A stretch of 64,000 nucleotides of DNA from Neodothiora populina (Eukaryota), in the NCBI RefSeq assembly GCF_041146345.1, contig NW_027191405.1, forward strand, positions 1,488,001 to 1,552,000, given 5' to 3'. Under the pieces are notes generated by a model that did no database searches, was not told the DNA's origin, and saw only the letters and a list, made by a program, of their open reading frames with translations. A program made the translations under genes and the position numbers. How positions within the stretch are numbered: the stretch's first letter is position 1; each line of letters opens with the position of its first letter. This document shows positions 59,443 to 64,000 of the stretch, piece by piece.

Positions 59443-61119
59443 CTACTCCTCATCGTCATCGTCAATGACCCTCCTTCGCTTGACTCTGCTCGTTTGCACG
59501 ACTTGTTGTTCATCTTCACCCTCGGCGTCGTTGTCGTCGTCGTCGTCTTCCTCCTCTGGGCTTGCCCGCTTGGTGCTGCTCTTCCGTCGAGGCTCTTCGA
59601 CGATACCGTCATCATCATCACTGCTGGCCACGGCCTCCTCTTCCTCGTCACTTCTAGCAATAAACTCGTCTTCCTCGTCGTATTCGTCGTTGGCAAAGTT
59701 ACCGCGCTTGTGACCAAAGTCCTCGTCCTCGCTATACTCCGAGTTCCTCCTCTGGCGTCTGTTCTGCTTGGGCTTGTTACCCCTGGGTCTTGAAGAACCA
59801 CCCATCTCGTCGTCCTCGAGCATGGCTGCCGATAGACCGCCGCCACCGTAGCCGCCTGTTCTGCTTCTGCCGAATCCACGTCCGCCTCGCTCGCGCTCGC
59901 GGGTCTCTGCTGCTTCTCGGCGTTTCTGAGCACGCATCTTTTCTCGCTCAGCGACTTCTGCCTTTTGTCTGGCGAGGTCTGGGTCCTCGCTGATCTGGAC
60001 CAGCTCAATATTGCCTCCGGCAGTCTTGTTCTTTCCTTGAGCAATTGCGGCAAGCGAGTTCTGTAGCTTTTCCAATGCCTCATCTGTGGTCTCAGCTGAG
60101 GGAAGGATGGACAGACCAGCGGTGATTTTGTGAGTGATGCGAAGAAGCTGGTTGTGTGTGTCCGGGATGGTGAGATAGGTGAAAGTGTCATAACCGTGCT
60201 CTTTCTGACCCGCTTTACGACTCGTGGGAGTTGGCTTTGGGGGGTTCTGTTGGCGAGGGGCGAGAGGATTTCCCTCGATGACGAATTGTTGAGTCGGATT
60301 TGAAGCGAATTGCAAGGTAAAAGAGCCGTCTGACCAGCGAAGTATGCGAGCGTTTGACTGAATCTCTGTCGGATCTGAGGGTGACCTGCGCCAGTGTACC
60401 GTGCTCATTGCAGTGTTGTATGGTGAGAAGCCTTGTCCAGTGGTGCCAGAGTGGTCAGCAGTAGGGGGCTGGTAACTAAGGAGGTTCCACACTTTTGGGT
60501 CTATGGAGAGGAAGCGAGGTACTTTGGTGAGATACATCTGTCATAGAGGTCAGTAATTAGATGCGAGCAATATGATTCCTCATATGATGCATACCTCGCC
60601 GTCGCTTGGCTCGGGCAGAGGTTGTCTGCCTAGTCCAGCTTCCATGACTGCCAATGTCCTCTCCTCCTCTTCCTCCTCATCGCGCATCTCTTCCTCGCCA
60701 TCGCCTACTCGATCGTGACGACCTTCGTCATCGCCGGAGTCTAGATCTGCATCATCAAGCGTGCGCTGTTGTGCACTAGTCGCGGGACCATGTTAGCACG
60801 TGCTGTTAGACGTTGCGCGCGCGGCGTCTGCAGAAACATACGGAGCGTCTGCTTCATCCTCGTCTTCATCGCCGAAAAGATCATCTTCGTCGCCCAACTC
60901 TTCCTCCTCTTCCGGCGCGCCGTTCATCTGAGGTCCGCGGGGCCTTGATCGCACAACAATATCTTCGTCATCGTCGTCGTCGTCGTCGTCCTGGTTCAGA
61001 TCATCGGGGACTTTCTCGTCTGATGGGAGGATGGCTGTGGTGATTCCATCGGGCTCAGCAATGTTTGTGGGATCGGGTGAAAGCGCTTGATCAGCGGCGA
61101 CAGCAGCGGCGGATGCCAT
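59443..61119 (-). CDS. LEO1: Paf1 complex subunit Leo1
   Basis: Acidic N-terminus; introns 60776-60841 and 60538-60594. Leo1 core KVPRFLSIDP..VHWRRSP..QSNARILRWSDGSFTLQ; acidic C-terminus. Confidence 0.93.
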
Positions 61120-61787
61120 GATGGGATTGAGTGGTGATGATGCGCCGTCGTCACCTCAGAAGGGATCAGGTAGCTAAGAGTCGCGTCGCGGTGGTGATTG
61201 GTGGCTATTGAACCGTGAGTGGATTGGCGCAATGTCCTTTACGCTGCTGTATTCCTGTCGTGGACTTGAGGATAGCTTAGACAGAAGCGCGGCGGTAAAA
61301 GGTATGGATTATGGTCATGTGGTGACGGAATGTGGACTAAAAACACCTAGATTGTGTATAGACAGTGCATAGACTGCGTATACCGTACTGCTACTGTACA
61401 ATAATTGTGAGGAAGGTACTGTAAGGTAAAGGAAGGAAGTTGCACAGACCACCTTCTGACCCTGCAGCAACCTCCGGCCGCCTTTGGTGTCCTTTGGTGT
61501 CGGTCTGGCTTGTGGCTTCTGAAACTCCAAGGAAACCAGGGGGAGCCCCAAAAAGGACATCAAGCAACCCAATCCATCTCACGTCTCCATTCCAATCAAG
61601 TTCACTTTGTCCAGACCACTGTTCTTCCTTTACTTGCCTTCTTCGAGTTCTGTCAACTCTCCTTCTAGCACAGGTGCGAAGCAGATAGCAGGCTGGTTCG
61701 CTCTATCCACTTCTCGCCAATTTGTCTTATTGCTTTGCTCCAAGGAAACGTCGATCTAGAGCGGTCCCGCACAGGACATCATTGAAC

Positions 61788-63531
61788 ATGACTTCTTTCT
61801 TCTCAAACATGTAAGTATATCCTTCTCTTCTTCATCAAGCACTCGTATCGAGTCCTTGTTCTTCTGTACACCTACAAGCAGTCAAACCTTCATCGGAATG
61901 TTTGTACAATGTCCCCACTTGCCTTGCCTTTGTTCTGGACCCTGAACGACACCTCCCCGTCGTGCCTACAGTGGACCAGCCCCTACTGCCATGGTTCGGG
62001 TGTCCCGTCGAATGTATAGCTGAGCAGCTCTGGGTATCTAAAGTTGATACTCGAGCACCATCGTCTGTGCAAACACAGGAGGCGTGCTCTTACGAGTTTC
62101 TGATGACCGTCGTTGTCGAGACCATCTAAGCCCGTGATATATGCATGCATCAGCAAAAACAAAACAAGAGGCATCAAATATCAAATACAGGCCATGTCAA
62201 TCACTGCTTTTCTTCAACAAACGCCATTGCATTTTACCTGTGCCCTTTGTCGATCCCTAATCTTATGAGTCTTGCGCCTAAGGGAACGAGGAGAGTGGTC
62301 ATTTGCCACTTAGTCCTGTCTGCTTGAAACATTCATATCCCTTCGACCATCTACTAATCATCCTCTCTTCAGGCGTGGCTTTGGACGCCAGTCCAACAAA
62401 GGTCCGCAGCAACCTCATCAACAGCAGAACAAGGGCGCTGGCGTCGCTTCTTCCCCTGTCTATCAGACTTCTCCGTCCTTGACCCCGTTATCCTCTCAGC
62501 AACTCCCCAACTCCCCCGCCATGTCTTCAACCATGTCATTCGATAGCAACCCTGGCAGTGAAGGCGGCAACCAACACCGCAACCTTCCCTTCTTCTTCCG
62601 TGAGAAGTACGCCACATTGATCGTCAAGGGCAACTTCATGACCCTCGCTGCCAAACCCGTCCTCATAGAAGAGGGGGAATGGCTCGCTCATCAAGGTGTG
62701 TCTCACTATCCTTTTCTCCTTTTCACTTTCCACCGACAAAATACAGGATGTTGACAGTCGTCACAGTTGTTGAGCAAAACCGTCTATTGGATGGTATGCT
62801 CAAGATCATACAAGAGCAGGACCGTAACACCGGCCTCCCCATCTGCAATACTCACTCCTGCCCTGCCATGACGGCCGGCAAGTAAGTGGTGTCCCTCTTG
62901 TTCTGCTGCTTCACAACTGACCCAGGTCAACTCCAGCACAACTTACACTTGGCTCAACAACAACAAAGAATCCGTCCGCGTCCCTGCACCTCAATACATC
63001 TCGTACGTGCAGAAGTGGATAACAGGCAAAGTCACGGATCCCTCTCTCTTCCCTACAGAGACTTTCTCCGCCACGACAGCCCCTCCTCCTCTGTCATCTG
63101 CTTCGGCAGACCCCAACGCAACCTGGCTCGGTAAATCGAGCAACTTCCCTCCTAATTTCGGGGCCGATATTCGCAACATCTACCGCCAGATGCTCCGGTG
63201 CTACGCTCATATCTACCACAGCCACTGGATGGAGTTCTGGCACCTGGGCGCTTACAAGGAGTTGAACACCTGCTTCATCCATTTTGTGAATGTGGGCAGA
63301 CTGTTCGGTCTGCTCGGCGACAAGGAGCTGGAGCCCATGATGCCTCTTATCGACATCTGGCTGGAGAAGGGCTGGTTGCCCAGACCCGCTTCAAGTGGCG
63401 GCAGCACCACCAACGCCAGTGCTTCTGCTCCGCAACAACAGCAAAGCAAGAAAGAGAACTTTGGTGATCAGAGTGACAGGAGGGACATGCAGCCGCCTCA
63501 GAGACCTGCGTCATCAACGGGTGGACAGTAG
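61788..63531 (+). CDS. MOB-family kinase coactivator (Mob2-type)
   Basis: MTSFFSNM | intron 61811-62372 | ..IVKGNFMTLAAKP..GEWLAHQ | ..CPAMTAG | ..TYTWL..PAPQYI..YRQMLRCYAHIYHSHW..LNTCFIHF. Confidence 0.9.
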
Positions 63532-64000
63532 ATGATTTGGGAAATACTGCGTGGTTGCCCTGCACCTCTTCTGGTCAAGAGGTATCTTGGCGATGTCACG
63601 TAAACAGTCCATATAACCACCACGCCGGCCACCTTGAATGCCACCACGAACGTACTGCCCAGTATGATCGAGGCGAGGAGGGTGTTGGATCAGAAAGGAG
63701 CAAAGCATTTCCTACGTCCATAACATGACGGATGAAGACAGAAGGGAAGTTGCATAAGACGATCCAAGACAAATTACTTCATATGCTGCATGCATGGCCC
63801 AAGGCGTTCATTTTGTTGTGTTTTTCTGATTGCGTTCTGTTCCAATTGGATCCCTCTGTATCTCTAGGATTAGCATTCAAAAGGACGTAGTAGCAACGGA
63901 AATCAAAGAAGAAAAAACACTAGCAATAACCCATGCTTGAGTGCCACATTGAAAGTTTGCATCCACAAAGACTACCTCAACCACTTCAATTATCGTTGTC

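Noticed and set aside
59184..60191. 335-aa same-strand alternative-frame ORF overlapping LEO1
   Set aside because: Low-complexity frame shadow of Asp/Glu codons; non-ATG start and no domain.
1..64000. tRNA, rRNA, CRISPR arrays, transposons, secondary-metabolite backbone genes
   Set aside because: None recognisable by eye; tRNAscan-SE, Infernal and RepeatModeler would be needed to exclude small or degenerate elements.

Overview
Gene-dense, intron-containing fungal genomic DNA from a filamentous ascomycete (GT..AG introns with CTRAC/CTAAC branch points). The protein styles suggest Eurotiomycetes, possibly a Chaetothyriales black yeast; this placement is inference only. About 28 protein-coding genes were reconstructed by manual splicing. 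Housekeeping genes: PRP31, CLF1, mitochondrial uL10m, SEC13, PEX20, tubulin cofactor E, SF3A2/PRP11, DPB4, LEO1 and a MOB2-type protein. Others: three Zn2Cys6 transcription factors, a PTH11-like receptor, a HIT hydrolase, an LtrA-like membrane protein, an auxin-efflux-carrier-like transporter, a bacterial-type PI-PLC, a GH12 glucanase and a pectin methylesterase. No rRNA, tRNA, CRISPR or recognisable transposon was found. Best leads: (1) a divergent pair of a PTS1-bearing glycolate-oxidase-type FMN enzyme and a glyoxylate-reductase-type dehydrogenase with an optional mitochondrial presequence, sharing a promoter with three CCGAGG (FarA-type) motifs, a candidate cross-organelle 2-hydroxyacid shuttle; (2) a PEX20 with a ~240-aa folded-looking insertion; (3) a chromodomain gene visible only after splicing; (4) a GH12 + pectin methylesterase + Zn2Cys6 plant-wall mini-cluster; (5) several microproteins. 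All splice models and family calls come from reading the sequence, not from database searches.
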